Below, piece after piece: positions 50,631-62,872 of a DNA stretch of 64,000 nucleotides. The notes beneath the pieces were generated by a model. That model searched no databases, was not told the origin of the DNA, and was given only the letters and a program-made list of their open reading frames with translations. How positions within the stretch are numbered: position 1 is the first letter of the stretch; the number at the start of each line of letters is the position of its first letter. Source of the DNA: Candidatus Helarchaeota archaeon (GTDB taxonomy: Archaea > Asgardarchaeota > Lokiarchaeia > Helarchaeales > RDOG01). Location of the stretch: contig JAHPZH010000002.1 in assembly GCA_019058315.1 (NCBI GenBank), forward strand, positions 256,001 to 320,000, in the 5' to 3' direction. A program made the translations under genes and the position numbers.

Positions 50631-51641
50631 TTGATCATTGCGCATAAAGATTTCGATGGATTCTGCGCAGCTGGAATTCTTATTTTAGCAGAATTAGATA
50701 AACTAAAAGATTTACACTATGCAACTGTTGGTTATATAAATAAATTTTTAAAAAAATTAGCAGTAAATGACAAACCAAAGGAAATATATTTAGTAGACAT
50801 TAATGCAGATAATAGTAATTTATATCTAAAAAGATTAACTGATTTAGCGGTTAAAGGATTCAAGATTAACCTAATAGATCACCATAGATTTCCATATGAT
50901 GCCCAATTGAAAGCAGCAGGGATAAATGTAATTCGAAACACAAATATTTGCTGCACTCAATTAGTTTATGAGAGGTATATTGAAAAAATAAATGAAAATA
51001 AAAAGCAGAAGGCAGATTTTCTCTTATGCCTTGGAGCTAATGATGATCGAATAATAACTCCCTTAGTCGAGAAAAGAATGACCAGAATGCGAACTGAAAC
51101 TTTATTTGATGTTTATGCATGTATCATGTCAGGATTACAAAATGGTAGAGAATTCCTTAGCAATCTATTCTATGAACGAGATAAAAATGGTGTCGGTTTT
51201 ACTAAAAAATTATTTGAAAATGCTACCAATCGGCGTTTTATTTTAGAAAAAATAAAAAAAGAGACATTAAATAAGCAAGAAGTTATAAAAAATGTTAGAA
51301 TAATTCATGCTTATACTAGTTATATAGGTATTGCGGCAAGTTATTTAATTGAGCAACCAAATACCGATTTTGCAATTGCGGTTGGGGATGGTCAAGCAAA
51401 TATTTCAATTCGCTTTAAAGATTTTATGAAAAATTTATTTCGACGAAATCTTCAAGCTTATACAAATATAAGAGTAAGTATTCGGTCTAGGAAGCCAATC
51501 AATGAAATAGTGTCCGGATTAGCTAAAAAATATAATGGTTATGGAGGAGGTCATGCGCTTGCTTGTGGTGCTACAATTCCTATAGAAAATATTAATGAAT
51601 TTTTATTGGATTTAACACAAAATTTTCTAAAATTAAGATAA
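50631..51641 (+). CDS. DHH/DHHA1 phosphoesterase
   Basis: HKDFDG, IDHH, SIRS, GGGH..ACG. Confidence 0.85.
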   Translation: MIIAHKDFDGFCAAGILILAELDKLKDLHYATVGYINKFLKKLAVNDKPKEIYLVDINADNSNLYLKRLTDLAVKGFKINLIDHHRFPYDAQLKAAGINVIRNTNICCTQLVYERYIEKINENKKQKADFLLCLGANDDRIITPLVEKRMTRMRTETLFDVYACIMSGLQNGREFLSNLFYERDKNGVGFTKKLFENATNRRFILEKIKKETLNKQEVIKNVRIIHAYTSYIGIAASYLIEQPNTDFAIAVGDGQANISIRFKDFMKNLFRRNLQAYTNIRVSIRSRKPINEIVSGLAKKYNGYGGGHALACGATIPIENINEFLLDLTQNFLKLR

Positions 51642-51723
51642 TTTTATGTAATAATTCTCCAAATAATGGATTACAGATGTTTAAAAATCGTTAGATATTT
51701 AGGGATCGATCTAACATGGAGGT

Positions 51724-52926
51724 ATGATTTTCACGACCCCCGATCAAGGACAAAGAATTTCACAGGGTGAACGAAAGGCTTTAAAGGATTTAGAAAAACT
51801 ATTTCTAGATGAAATTAGTTTAATTTCATTTGAAACTGAAAATGAGCATATCACGCGATTATGGATTTCGACAGAGGCAGATTTTGAACAAGAAATAACA
51901 ATAAATGAACTTCCAGAGTCGATAGGTAAGCTGAAGTGGCTTAAAGAATTGGAAGTAGTTGATAACGAATTGTGGGATCTCCCCGAGTCAATTGGTAATT
52001 TGGAATCACTCCAAGTATTAAAGTTAGATGATAACCCGATAACTAAATTCCCTGAATCGATTGGTAACCTCACTTCACTCCGAGAATTAAGTTTATATCA
52101 CGTCAGGGTATCGAAATTCATGAATTATCGATTAAACACACTTCCAGAGTCGTTTGGGAAACTGGGATTGCTTGAAAAGCTGGCTCTGTCAGATAATAAC
52201 TTAAACACACTCCCAGAGTCGTTTGGGAACCTGAAATCGCTCCGAAAACTAAATTTAAGTTATAACAAATTAAGGGCACTCCCAGATTCGTTTGGAAACC
52301 TAAAATCACTCCAAGAATTACAGTTGAGAGGGAACAAGTTAAGGACGCTCCCGGAGTCGATAGGTAACCTAGGGGTACTCCAGATATTAGATTTAAGTTA
52401 TAACAAATTAAGGATGCTCCCAGGATCGATTGGTAACCTAAACTCACTAAAAGAATTAAATTTAGAAGAGAACTTACTGAAGACGCTTCCTGATTCCTTA
52501 TTAAAACTGTTTAACCTAAAAAAAATAGCAACCATAGATAATCCATTGAGTAAAGATGCCCAAAGAATCCTGGAACACTTGATGTTTCACGCTTATGTTG
52601 ATGGTAATCAGACATTTTTCAATTATAAAGTAACTCTCCCAATACCCTTAATAGAACGCATTGACCAATATATCGCACACTACAAGGAAGAAAGATGCTC
52701 TTCCATCTCGGAATTAGCCAAGCAAGCGATTCAAGAAAAACTTAAAGAATCACGAGATATACCAGCTAGCTTTTCTCAAGAAGAAAACACTTTAATAGCA
52801 AAACTATCGACTTCTTTAACTGACAGCATTAAACAGTACATTGAAAACCATGAGGAAGAGGGATACTCCTACGTCCCAAGTTTTATTAAGCGAGCTATCC
52901 AAGAAAAACTTGAACGAACCGAATAA
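51724..52926 (+). CDS. Leucine-rich repeat protein with tandem C-terminal RHH-like domains
   Basis: About 9 repeats of LPESxGNLxSLxxLxLxxNxL; two V/KL...L...I..YI....Y.S...F/L...AIQEKL units. Confidence 0.85.
   Translation: MIFTTPDQGQRISQGERKALKDLEKLFLDEISLISFETENEHITRLWISTEADFEQEITINELPESIGKLKWLKELEVVDNELWDLPESIGNLESLQVLKLDDNPITKFPESIGNLTSLRELSLYHVRVSKFMNYRLNTLPESFGKLGLLEKLALSDNNLNTLPESFGNLKSLRKLNLSYNKLRALPDSFGNLKSLQELQLRGNKLRTLPESIGNLGVLQILDLSYNKLRMLPGSIGNLNSLKELNLEENLLKTLPDSLLKLFNLKKIATIDNPLSKDAQRILEHLMFHAYVDGNQTFFNYKVTLPIPLIERIDQYIAHYKEERCSSISELAKQAIQEKLKESRDIPASFSQEENTLIAKLSTSLTDSIKQYIENHEEEGYSYVPSFIKRAIQEKLERTE
51907..52550 (+). repeat. 69-nt LRR-coding repeats
   Basis: Recurrent 'cttccagagtcg...ggtaacct' units. 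Confidence 0.85.
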
Positions 52927-52934
52927 TTTTCCAA

Positions 52935-53522
52935 TTATTTGGATAAATGTTCATAAACTATTTTAGGGAGTGGTTTATAAGTGATAGTTTTGGGATTTAA
53001 TTTTAATAATGAAATACTTTTTTGAAATTTCATGTAAATATCTTTAGTATTTTCACCCCAAAGTTCAATTTCGGCTGTATATCCTAGATTTTTTATTTTT
53101 TCCAAGGCAATTGTTAATTCAAATGGTTTTATAATCTTATATAAATATCCTTCTTCTTTTTCAATTAAAAACCACAATTCAAAATTCCAATCTTTTAGTA
53201 GTGTTTGAGCTTCTTGCAAAGTTCCTTCATAGAGAACTAATTTTCCTTCTGGAAAAAAGGATTGCTTAAATGAAATATCTTTGAATTTAATAATTTTCAT
53301 TCTTGTGAATAATAATTGGGATTTTTCTTCCCATTCTCTGATTCTCATTATCTTCTTTTCTAAATCCCAATCAATTCCTTTAGGTTTATAGCAATGGTCT
53401 TTAAAAGAGTAACTTTTAATGATTTTAGCATTGAATGAATTTAAAATTTTCTTAAATGGATTGACATCTTCAAATATTATTCTAATTTCGCTCTCAAATT
53501 TATCTTTAGTCATAAAAATCAT
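52935..53522 (-). CDS. CYTH-domain protein (class IV adenylate cyclase/TTM family)
   Basis: ESEIR, MRIRE, LGYTAEIE. Confidence 0.72.
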   Translation of the reverse strand: MIFMTKDKFESEIRIIFEDVNPFKKILNSFNAKIIKSYSFKDHCYKPKGIDWDLEKKIMRIREWEEKSQLLFTRMKIIKFKDISFKQSFFPEGKLVLYEGTLQEAQTLLKDWNFELWFLIEKEEGYLYKIIKPFELTIALEKIKNLGYTAEIELWGENTKDIYMKFQKSISLLKLNPKTITYKPLPKIVYEHLSK

Positions 53523-54520
53523 TATTGATTGTTATTATTAAGGTTCGAAAGTAGATTATTTAAAATCTTGATTATTTGTTCATTGGCTTCTTTTGCATTT
53601 TGAGTACCATTACAACCAGCTGCTGTAGAATGTCCTCCACCAACTCCATTTATAATTAAACCTATTTTTTCCATTATATTTTTTCCTAAATGAATTCTAG
53701 TTTGTTCGTAAAATTCAGTGGTACTCCTTGCACTTATTCTAACTTCATTTTTTTTCTCTGCGGTTACTATTACAACATCAGCACCTAAATTTAATAAAGC
53801 ACGACAAGCACTAGCTTCATACGAACTAACATGTGATGTCAATATTATCCAATCTTTGATTTCAAGTATTTCTAATCGCTGAGCTGCTTTGATTCGAGCA
53901 ATTTTTTCAGGTCTTTTCATGGGGATCTTTAACATAGATATTGCTCGAGAATAATCAGCCCCACTTTCTATTAATTTAGGAACAATTGAGAAGCTCTTTA
54001 AACTACCTAATATAAAATGTCTCGAATCATATAACATACCTAATAAAATAAGAAGTGCCTCTTCTGGGGTTAATTGAATATCTAATTGATCAAATTGATG
54101 AAAAATAATTTCTGTGGCAGAAACTGCACTATCATCGACAACAGATAATGGAGAAAAATCTTCAATATTAGGTGGAGGTGCGTGATGGTCTATTATTATA
54201 ATTGATTTTAAATCGAGTTTAATTTTTTCAGAAATGCTACCTATATGATTAAGATTATTGACATCAAATAAAATAACTAAATCGGGGGTATAATTTTGTA
54301 TTTTAGTTGATATTTCAATATTTAATTCGGTGGCAATTTGCTCAGATAGAGAGCTCAATCCCTCAGCGAAAAATTCAATTTCAAGATCGGAATTAATCCT
54401 ACTTAATATTAATTTTAATGCATATAAACCGCATAATGCATCTGGATCTGCGTTTGGGTGTGAGATTAATAAAATTGTTTTTATTTCTTGTGATTTAATA
54501 TGGGATATAAGCTGTTTCAT
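53522..54520 (-). CDS. DHH phosphoesterase (NrnA/RecJ-like)
   Basis: HPNADPDA, IDHH, ISARS, GGGHSTAAG. Confidence 0.9.
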   Translation of the reverse strand: MKQLISHIKSQEIKTILLISHPNADPDALCGLYALKLILSRINSDLEIEFFAEGLSSLSEQIATELNIEISTKIQNYTPDLVILFDVNNLNHIGSISEKIKLDLKSIIIIDHHAPPPNIEDFSPLSVVDDSAVSATEIIFHQFDQLDIQLTPEEALLILLGMLYDSRHFILGSLKSFSIVPKLIESGADYSRAISMLKIPMKRPEKIARIKAAQRLEILEIKDWIILTSHVSSYEASACRALLNLGADVVIVTAEKKNEVRISARSTTEFYEQTRIHLGKNIMEKIGLIINGVGGGHSTAAGCNGTQNAKEANEQIIKILNNLLSNLNNNNQ

Positions 54521-54552
54521 AATTAACTGCCCCTAAAAATAAGGAGAATCAA

Positions 54553-54678
54553 TGGTGCAGGGAGGGGGATTCGAACCCTCGAACTCCTTCGAGACTGGAT
54601 AACTTATTTTTTGATCTTGAGTCCAGCGCCTTTAGTCTTCCTTGACTAAAGCTAGTTGACCAGCTTGGCTATCCCTGC
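54553..54678 (-). tRNA. tRNA-Leu(CAA) with two introns (21/22: 54655-54632; 37/38: 54615-54601), CCA encoded
   Basis: GCAGGGA/TCCCTGC acceptor, A discriminator, CTGGA/TCCAG stem, CAA at 54619-54617; removing both inserts gives a canonical cloverleaf. Confidence 0.88.
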
Positions 54679-54860
54679 GACTTTATTCTTTAATTATTAA
54701 CGTAATCTTTGTTTCACTAGCTTGATTATTATTCTTTTATATTCCATTTTTTTAAATATTTTTATTTCTTATAGAATATAATAAGAGAAATAATATAAAA
54801 ATAACTGATTGAAACAATAAAATAAGTTGTTTTGTTTGAAAATATAAAATTTTGAGGTTA

Positions 54861-55973
54861 TTAAAGCCCTAATTCTTTTAATTTTTTCAAAGCCTCTTTT
54901 TGATCTTTATTAATATTGCCAGGAATGACGATATAGACCTGTACGAACTGATCTCCCCTCGCGTTCTCCTCAATATAGTCATTCCCTATTGTTATACTAA
55001 TTTTAGGCATACCTTTTCCTTTTATTTTAAAAATTTTACCATATTCTGTTCCTTTTGGTATTTTTAATTTAGTTTCTCCATCCAAAGTAGGGACGGTAAT
55101 TTCATCTCCTAAAACCATTTGAGAATATGTTAATGGCATTTTTATAGCTATATTATAACCATCTCTGATGAAAAGATCATGTTCTTTCACATATACTATG
55201 ATATAGAGATGTCCTGGATTTGCACCCCTAAGACCGGCATTTCCCTCTCCAGTCATCTTCAATTTTAAGCCAGTATATGCACCCTTAGGGATGTTCACCG
55301 TAATATGTTTAATTTTTTCAACTAGTCCTGTTCCTTTACAAGTCTTACATGGATCTTTTACAACCTCACCAGATCCATGACATTTATTACATGTAACAAT
55401 ATTAACCATTTGACCAAAAGCAATTTTTCTTACAATTCTTTTTTGACCTGTTCCATTACACTCAGGACAATTTATTGTTTTAGTACCAGCTTTTGAACCA
55501 GAACCTCCACAAACTGTACAAGCTTCCTTTCTTGGAATCTCAAGTTTCTTTTTTGTTCCAGAAAATGCTTCATCAAGTGTTATTTCTAAATCATATCTTA
55601 TACTTTCTCCTCGTTGAGGCTCTGGACGAGAAGGTCTTGCGTAATTTCTACGTCTTCCAAATACATCCCCGAATCCAAAATCACCAAATATATCTCCAAA
55701 TCCACCAAAACCCCTCCCAAATATCTCACTAATTATATCTCCAAATCCTCCAAGACCACCCCGATCGTAACGTCTCCGCTTTTGTTCATCTCCAAGAATT
55801 TCATAAGCTAAATTAATTTCCTTAAACTTTTCTTCTGCATCTTTACTTTTATTTATATCTGGATGGTATTTCCGAGCTAATTGTCTGTATGCTTTTTTTA
55901 TTTCATCTTGTGTTGCATTTTCATCAACACCTAATATTTTATACAAATCTTTTCCATAAATATCGCTTGACAT
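54861..55973 (-). CDS. dnaJ: Chaperone DnaJ
   Basis: HPD J-domain, G/F region, four CxxCxGxG. Confidence 0.97.
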   Translation of the reverse strand: MSSDIYGKDLYKILGVDENATQDEIKKAYRQLARKYHPDINKSKDAEEKFKEINLAYEILGDEQKRRRYDRGGLGGFGDIISEIFGRGFGGFGDIFGDFGFGDVFGRRRNYARPSRPEPQRGESIRYDLEITLDEAFSGTKKKLEIPRKEACTVCGGSGSKAGTKTINCPECNGTGQKRIVRKIAFGQMVNIVTCNKCHGSGEVVKDPCKTCKGTGLVEKIKHITVNIPKGAYTGLKLKMTGEGNAGLRGANPGHLYIIVYVKEHDLFIRDGYNIAIKMPLTYSQMVLGDEITVPTLDGETKLKIPKGTEYGKIFKIKGKGMPKISITIGNDYIEENARGDQFVQVYIVIPGNINKDQKEALKKLKELGL

Positions 55974-56011
55974 AAATAAATTACCATTTTATTTATTAAA
56001 AAAAGAGTAGA

Positions 56012-57916
56012 TTATTTTTTTTCTTCATCTTCGTCTTCGATAACATAATCTGCATCAACAACGTTTGCTTCGTCTTCTGTTTTTTCAGTCTTTGGAGGTG
56101 TCTGCTGACCGGGTTGTGGACCCGTTTGTTGGTAAGCCTGTTGTGCTGCTTGTTGTTGTGACGCAGCTTGATATATTATTGTTGACATTTCATGCAATGA
56201 CTTTTCCAATTCATCCATTTTAGATTTCATTTTTTTAGAATCATCTGTTTTGAGAGCTTCCTTTAATTCTTCAATTCCTTTTTCAATTTTTTTCTGGAGA
56301 TCTTCTGGAATTTTATCTTTATTTTCTTTCAAAAGTTTCTCGGTGTTATAAGCCATGGAATCAGCTTGATTTTTAATCTCTATTTTTTCTTTTATTTTTT
56401 GATCTTGATCTGCAAATTTTTCGGCTTCTTGTACTTTCTTCTTAATTTCCTCTTCAGATAATTTTGTAGTGGCTGTAATTGTTATTTGTTGGCTTTTTCC
56501 AGTTCCTAAATCTTTTGCAGAGACGTTTAAAATACCATTGGCGTCAATATCAAAAGTCACTTCAATTTGTGGTATTCCTCTTGGGGCAGGAGGAATCCCA
56601 ATAAGATGAAATTTACCTAATGATAAATTATCGGCTGCCATTTTACGCTCTCCTTGTAAAACATTGATTTCGACAGCAGGTTGATTATCAGCAGCGGTAG
56701 AAAATATTTGACTCTTTTTAGTTGGAATTGTTGTATTTCGCTCTATTAAGGGTGTAGATACTCCACCTAGCGTCTCAACTCCTAAAGTTAATGGAGTAAC
56801 GTCTAATAGTAATAATTCCTTTGTTTCTCCTTCCATCACAGCTGCTTGAATAGCAGCTCCCATCGCAACACACTCCATTGGATCTATTCCTCTTTCGGGC
56901 TCTCTACCAAAAATCTCTTTAAATTTTTCCCTCACACAAGGCATACGTGTAGGTCCACCAACAAGAATTATTTTATCTATTTGTGATGGTCCCATTTGTG
57001 CATCTTCTAATGCACGTCTAATTGGTTGGTCTAACCTTCTCAGAACAGGATCAATAATTTCTTCCAATTTTGCTCTAGTTAAATTTAAACTTAAATGTTT
57101 TGGACCAGCACTATCAGCTGTTATGTAGGGTAAGTTTATATTGGTTTGCATTGTAGTAGATAATTCAATTTTTGCTTTTTCTGCAGCTTCCCTAACTCTC
57201 ATCATAGCCATAGAATCTCCTCTTAAGTCTAATCCTTGTTCTTTTTGAAATTCTGCAACTATCCAATCAACGAGCAATTTGTCCATATCCGTTCCGCCTA
57301 ATGCAGTATCACCACTTGTAGCTTCTACTTTAAATACACCGTCTCCCATATCCATTATTGTGACATCAAATGTACCTCCACCAAAATCTAGAACACAAAT
57401 TTTCAATTCTTGTTTCTCTTTATCAATACCAAAAGCTAAACATGCAGCTGTAGGTTCATTAATTAATCGTTTTACTTCTAACCCTGCAATTCTTCCAGCA
57501 TCTTTAGTTGCTTGTCTTTGATTATCGTTAAAAAATGCAGGAACGGTAATAATAGCTTCTTCAACTTCCGCATCAAGAAATGCTTCAGCATCTCGTTTTA
57601 TTTTTTGTAAAATCATTGCTGAAATGTCTTGAGGTGTAAACTCTTTATCGTCAATTTTTATTTTATAATCTGTTCCCATTTTCCTCTTGATTGCAGTTAT
57701 AGTTCTATCAGGATTTGAAACCATTTGTCTTCTCGCAGGTTCTCCAATTAAGCGGCTTCCATCTTTTAAAAATGCAACGACAGATGGAAACATCTTTCCT
57801 CCTAGACTTGTTCCTTCAGCACTAGGTATAATTGTAGAACGACCTCCTATAAATGCTGCTGCAGCTGAATTGCTTGTACCCAAATCAATACCTATGACTT
57901 TTTTCTTTTTTGGCAT
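56012..57916 (-). CDS. dnaK: Chaperone DnaK
   Basis: [34 protein letters not shown]; start re-set to ATG at 57916. Confidence 0.97.
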   Translation of the reverse strand: MPKKKKVIGIDLGTSNSAAAAFIGGRSTIIPSAEGTSLGGKMFPSVVAFLKDGSRLIGEPARRQMVSNPDRTITAIKRKMGTDYKIKIDDKEFTPQDISAMILQKIKRDAEAFLDAEVEEAIITVPAFFNDNQRQATKDAGRIAGLEVKRLINEPTAACLAFGIDKEKQELKICVLDFGGGTFDVTIMDMGDGVFKVEATSGDTALGGTDMDKLLVDWIVAEFQKEQGLDLRGDSMAMMRVREAAEKAKIELSTTMQTNINLPYITADSAGPKHLSLNLTRAKLEEIIDPVLRRLDQPIRRALEDAQMGPSQIDKIILVGGPTRMPCVREKFKEIFGREPERGIDPMECVAMGAAIQAAVMEGETKELLLLDVTPLTLGVETLGGVSTPLIERNTTIPTKKSQIFSTAADNQPAVEINVLQGERKMAADNLSLGKFHLIGIPPAPRGIPQIEVTFDIDANGILNVSAKDLGTGKSQQITITATTKLSEEEIKKKVQEAEKFADQDQKIKEKIEIKNQADSMAYNTEKLLKENKDKIPEDLQKKIEKGIEELKEALKTDDSKKMKSKMDELEKSLHEMSTIIYQAASQQQAAQQAYQQTGPQPGQQTPPKTEKTEDEANVVDADYVIEDEDEEKK

Positions 57917-57920
57917 TTTA

Positions 57921-58526
57921 TCACTTCCTTTCTTTATTTTTGGCAATTTTAACTAATGCCGGACGTAAAACTTTATCTTTAAAATAATAACCTTTTTTAA
58001 TTTCTTCCAAAACAGTATCTTCTGGACATTCATCTGTAATTTCATTTAATAAACATTCATGGATAAAAGGATCAAAAGATTCACCTACACTTTTGATAGG
58101 TTTTACTCCTTCCTTTTGTAACATTTCAATAAATTTATTATAAATAATCTCAATACCTTCAATTTTTTTCCCTTCCCCAAATTGTTTTTTTAGAGCATTT
58201 AAAGCTATTTCATATTCATCAATTATATCTAATATTTTTAATAATATTCCCTTTTCAGCATAATTTAAATATTCTATCTTTTGTTTATCTAAAATCTTTT
58301 TATAATTATCAAAATCAGCTTGTGCACGTTTTAATTTATTTAAATTTTCATCTGCTAATTCTTTGTATTTTTTGATTTCTTCTTTTAATTTTAAATATTC
58401 AGATTCTGAAATTTCTATAATTTTATCTTCTTTATTATTTTCTTCAACCTCTAAATCAACAAAATCCTGATCATTTGTTGAATCAGAGTTATTTCCACTA
58501 GATTTCGAATCTTTTTCTTTATCCAT
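57921..58526 (-). CDS. grpE: Nucleotide exchange factor GrpE
   Basis: [19 protein letters not shown]....VLRPALV. Confidence 0.95.
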   Translation of the reverse strand: MDKEKDSKSSGNNSDSTNDQDFVDLEVEENNKEDKIIEISESEYLKLKEEIKKYKELADENLNKLKRAQADFDNYKKILDKQKIEYLNYAEKGILLKILDIIDEYEIALNALKKQFGEGKKIEGIEIIYNKFIEMLQKEGVKPIKSVGESFDPFIHECLLNEITDECPEDTVLEEIKKGYYFKDKVLRPALVKIAKNKERK

Positions 58527-58553
58527 ATTACTCCTCCACTATATTGAAAAGAA

Positions 58554-59120
58554 TCATTCAATATTGATTGTTGTTTCATCGGCTTTACCGATTTTCTTTT
58601 TTAGAAGTCGAATCTCTAATAAGCCATTATTATAATTAGCTTTAGATTCACTTGGAATGATTATTTCGGGTAATGAAATTGTTTTTTTAAATTTTGTTCC
58701 TGCTTTTATAGTAATTTCGGTCTCAGTGGATTTTAATTTTATATCTTCTTTTTGTACACCAGGAGTTTCTGCAATAATTACAATCTCATTGTCTTGATTT
58801 AAAATGTCAATAATGGGTTCTCTATTCTCCTCAACAGTTTCTTCTTTTTCTTGTTTTTTTGGAGAATGACCAAATTTTCTAATAACAGGTTTACCATCCG
58901 GTCCGATATGGACTGACCATCCCATAATTAATGGTCGAAAAATTTCATCACCAGAAGGAGTTTTAAATTTTGGAAAATTTTTTTCATCAAGTATTTCATC
59001 AAAAATACTATGATCTGAAACAACATCCTCCATCATATCTCTAATTTGGTCAAATATATCATCAAATGACCTTTTACGTTTTTTTTTCTTCTTATATTTA
59101 TCTTCCTCATCATCAAACAT
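58554..59120 (-). CDS. Small heat-shock protein (archaeal Hsp20)
   Basis: IGPDGKP..RKFG, AETPGV.KEDI, ANYNNGLLEI. Confidence 0.92.
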   Translation of the reverse strand: MFDDEEDKYKKKKKRKRSFDDIFDQIRDMMEDVVSDHSIFDEILDEKNFPKFKTPSGDEIFRPLIMGWSVHIGPDGKPVIRKFGHSPKKQEKEETVEENREPIIDILNQDNEIVIIAETPGVQKEDIKLKSTETEITIKAGTKFKKTISLPEIIIPSESKANYNNGLLEIRLLKKKIGKADETTINIE

Positions 59121-59220
59121 TAAAAAAACTCCCTATAATTTTTCAGAGAGTTATAAACTAAATTTTAAATAAGCTCTTATTTATATACTAAAAAAAAAGA
59201 TAAAAAGTTGTGGGATTGTA

Positions 59221-60864
59221 TTAATCCTCGTCGCCGCCACCTGGCATACCACCTGGAGGCATACCGGGAGGTCCGCCTGCAGATTTGGATGATGCAATTA
59301 CGTCATCAATCCTAAGAATCAATTGGGCGCTTTCTGAAGCGGATTTAATAGCTTGTTTCTTGACCACAACGCCTTCATATACGTTCTTCTCTGCCATATT
59401 TCCGACTTTTCCTTCGAGAACATCTACACCGAAATTAATTTTTCCTTCCTTATGCGCAGCTCTCAGTTCAACCAAAATGTCCATAGTTTCTAAACCACCA
59501 TTTTCAGCTAATGTTATAGGAATTATCTCCATTGCATCAGCAAAGGTTTTGATGGCCATTTGGACACGTCCTGAGAATTTATTAGCGTAGTCTTGAAGTT
59601 GCTTTGCGACCTCAATTTCTGAGGCACCACCTCCAACAACAACTTTGGGTTCTTGGACTGCATTTCTCACAACACATAACGCATCATGTAGGGCACGGTC
59701 CGCCTCATCTACTATCATTTTAGTTCCTCCTCTAATAAGGATACTGATCGCATGAGGATTTGTACATTTTTCAACAAATATCATTTCGTCATTTCCGATT
59801 TTTCGTTGTTCAACAAGACCAGCTTTACCGAGATCACCTTCAGTTAAATCATCAATATTTGTTATTACTGATCCACCTGTAGCTTTAGCTAATTTTTCCA
59901 TATCACTTTTCTTAATTCTTCGAGCAGCTGTAATACCAGCCTTCGATAAGAAATGTTGGACCATGTCATCTATGCCTTTTTGACATAGGACAACGTTTGC
60001 TCCACTTGCTTTTATCTTGTCTACCATCTTTCTTAGCATTTGCTCCTCTTGATTTAAGAAAGCTTGCATCTGTGTTACTTCTGTTATATTAATTTTTGCA
60101 TCGAATTCCGTTTTTTCAATTTCTAATGCAGTTTCTAAAAGTGCAACTTTAGCATCGCTTACTGTCTTTGACATACCCGGATGAACTACTTCTTTATCTA
60201 GAATAAGACCGCTAATTATTTTAGAGTCGTCTATGCTGCCTCCTTCCTTCTTTTGGATACTAATATTATCTAGATCTGCAATTAATTTATCATCACGTTT
60301 TTCTACAATAGCTTTAATTCCTTTTACAGCAATATCAGACATAAGATCACTAGATGTCCCAATGACTTTGCTTATCATTGATGTATTTGCAATATTTTTT
60401 AGCATTGCTTCATCGTCGACACTAATTGGAATTGCGATATTATCTAATATTTCAATTGCCTTCTCTGAAGCTAGCCTATATCCTTCAATTATAATTGCTG
60501 GATGAATTTTTTGTTCTAATAAATTTTCAGCACTCTTCAAAAATTCTCCTGCTAAAATTACAGCTGTTGTAGTACCGTCTCCTACTTCATCGTCTTGTGT
60601 TTTTGCAATCTCTACCATCATTTTTGCTGCTGGTTGTTGTACGTCAATTTCTTTTAATATTGTCGCACCATCATTTGTGATAGTTACATCACCAAAAGAA
60701 TCAACAAGCATTTTGTCAAGACCTTTTGGACCAAGAGAAGTTCTAACATTTTCTGCTATAACTTTTGCAGCCATAATATTCGTATTTTGAGCATCACTAC
60801 CTCTAGTTCGTTCTGCTCCTTCTTTTAGAATCAAAACTGGGGTTCCACTTAATTGTGCACACAT
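59221..60864 (-). CDS. Thermosome (group II chaperonin) subunit
   Basis: [32 protein letters not shown]. Confidence 0.96.
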   Translation of the reverse strand: MCAQLSGTPVLILKEGAERTRGSDAQNTNIMAAKVIAENVRTSLGPKGLDKMLVDSFGDVTITNDGATILKEIDVQQPAAKMMVEIAKTQDDEVGDGTTTAVILAGEFLKSAENLLEQKIHPAIIIEGYRLASEKAIEILDNIAIPISVDDEAMLKNIANTSMISKVIGTSSDLMSDIAVKGIKAIVEKRDDKLIADLDNISIQKKEGGSIDDSKIISGLILDKEVVHPGMSKTVSDAKVALLETALEIEKTEFDAKINITEVTQMQAFLNQEEQMLRKMVDKIKASGANVVLCQKGIDDMVQHFLSKAGITAARRIKKSDMEKLAKATGGSVITNIDDLTEGDLGKAGLVEQRKIGNDEMIFVEKCTNPHAISILIRGGTKMIVDEADRALHDALCVVRNAVQEPKVVVGGGASEIEVAKQLQDYANKFSGRVQMAIKTFADAMEIIPITLAENGGLETMDILVELRAAHKEGKINFGVDVLEGKVGNMAEKNVYEGVVVKKQAIKSASESAQLILRIDDVIASSKSAGGPPGMPPGGMPGGGDED

Positions 60865-60880
60865 ATCATTTCACCTCTTA

Positions 60881-62542
60881 TTACATCATTCCTGGTGGCA
60901 TACCCATACCACCCATGCCACCCATACCTGGAGGCATTCCACCTGGAGGCATTGGGGGTCCTGCGGATGCTTTTGCAGCAATAACATCATCAATTCTTAA
61001 AATCATATTTACTGCTTCCACTGCTGATTTAATTGCTTGTAACTTTACTACCATAGGTTCTAATACTCCTGCCTGAAACATGTCTTCAACTTTTCCCGAA
61101 ATTACGTTAATTCCATAATTCTTCCCATCTGATTCATGTTTAGCTCGTAATTCTGCTAAAATATCGATAGGATCTAACCCTGCATTTTCAGCTAGAGTTT
61201 TTGGGACAATCTCCAGTGTCTCAGCTAGAGAATCGATAGCAAATTGTTCTCTACCACCAATTGATTTTGCATATCCTTTCAATTGTTTTGCGAGCTCAAC
61301 TTCAATTGCACCACCGCCAGCAACGACATAATTGTCTTTGATTATATCAGCTGCCACACAAAGAGCATCATGCATGGATCTATCCGCCTCATCTACAACG
61401 TGTTCAACGCCGCCACGAATTAAGATACTAACTGATTTTAAATCTTTAGTACCAGTTACAAAGATCATTTTATCATCACCAATTTTTTTCTCTTCGATTA
61501 ATCCAGCAGTTCCAAGATCTGTAGGAGTTAGGTCATCAAGGTTCATTATTACTTTAGCACCAGTGCTTCTGGAAATTTTTTCCATGTCAGATTTCTTCAC
61601 TCTTCGAACTGCGGCTACACCAGCCTTGGAAAGGAAGTGCTGAGCCACATCATCAATTCCCTTTTGGCATGCAATAAAATTAGCACCCGAATTCTTTACT
61701 TTATCTACCATACTACGTAATAATTTTTCCTCTTCATCAAGAAATGCTTGAACTTGCGTTGGATCACTAATTCTAATTTCAGAATCAAATTCTGTCTTTT
61801 TAATTTCTAATGCAACATTAAGTAGTGCAACTTTTGCATCATGGACTTGTTTTGGCATACCTGCATGAACAATTTCCTTGTCAATTATAATACCATCAAT
61901 TAATTCGGTATCTAATAAGCTTTTACCTTTCTTTTTGATGATTTGAATTTGTTCAATATCTACGTAAGGCTTGCCCTCACGAGTTTCCCTAACTTTTTTA
62001 GTAGCACTAACTGCAATTTCTGCAAATGTACCTCTTACACCAGAGACGTTTTTGGAGTTCATACTTGTAATAGTAGCTTTAGTAATTTCTGAGCCTTCAA
62101 TATCAACTTGAGTTGCAATATTTTTTAGAATTTCACGAGCTTTATCAGCCCCTTTCTTCAATCCTGAAACTAAAGTTGTGGGATGAATTTTTTGATTAAT
62201 TAATTTTTCCGCTCTTTTAAGTAATTCTCCAGCAAGAACTACTGCCGTTGTGGTTCCATCTCCAACTTCATCATCTTGTGTTTTAGCTACTTCGACAAGC
62301 ATTTTTGCAGCTGGATGTTGTACGTCTATTTCATCAAGTATTGTAGCACCGTCGTTTGTAATCGTAACATCGCCAAGGCTGTCCACAAGCATTTTATCCA
62401 TACCTCTAGGTCCAAGAGTCGTTCGCACAGTCTCAGCAATTATTTTGGATGCCGTAATATTATTTTTTAAGGCATCCTTGCCTTTTCTTTGCTCAGTTCC
62501 TTCTTTTAGGATAAGAACTGGCGCTCCACTTAAATAAGCCAT
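60881..62542 (-). CDS. Thermosome (group II chaperonin) subunit
   Basis: [19 protein letters not shown]-rich tail. Confidence 0.96.
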   Translation of the reverse strand: MAYLSGAPVLILKEGTEQRKGKDALKNNITASKIIAETVRTTLGPRGMDKMLVDSLGDVTITNDGATILDEIDVQHPAAKMLVEVAKTQDDEVGDGTTTAVVLAGELLKRAEKLINQKIHPTTLVSGLKKGADKAREILKNIATQVDIEGSEITKATITSMNSKNVSGVRGTFAEIAVSATKKVRETREGKPYVDIEQIQIIKKKGKSLLDTELIDGIIIDKEIVHAGMPKQVHDAKVALLNVALEIKKTEFDSEIRISDPTQVQAFLDEEEKLLRSMVDKVKNSGANFIACQKGIDDVAQHFLSKAGVAAVRRVKKSDMEKISRSTGAKVIMNLDDLTPTDLGTAGLIEEKKIGDDKMIFVTGTKDLKSVSILIRGGVEHVVDEADRSMHDALCVAADIIKDNYVVAGGGAIEVELAKQLKGYAKSIGGREQFAIDSLAETLEIVPKTLAENAGLDPIDILAELRAKHESDGKNYGINVISGKVEDMFQAGVLEPMVVKLQAIKSAVEAVNMILRIDDVIAAKASAGPPMPPGGMPPGMGGMGGMGMPPGMM

Positions 62543-62872
62543 ATATTTTCACCTTTGATTTTTGTTTATTATTAAAAATATATCAGATTTTTGTTTTATA
62601 CTAGAATTTTATGGGTTTTATCCCTAATTCTTGATAAATCTAGTTTTTGTCGTATTTTGAAAATCTTTTAATCACATATTGTGATAAAATGTTTAAAAAG
62701 TTTACTTATATATACGTCCAAAGGTAAAATTTTAAATCTTCTTATATAACTAAAAACAAATCGAATACTATAAAATATCAGAATTAATTTTAAAATAAAA
62801 GAAAAATCTGGAACTTTATTTATAAACATTGTAAATTATTAAGAAATTGATGATTAAAAAGATGATAAAGAT

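Noticed and set aside
50631-54520. Cyclic-nucleotide defence system (CYTH + two DHH + LRR)
   Set aside because: Genes are in mixed orientations and CYTH/DHH proteins are common archaeal housekeeping genes; no CD-NTase or effector seen
54530-54560. Integrated element at tRNA 3' ends
   Set aside because: No duplicated tRNA 3' fragment (att site) or integrase noticed in the window
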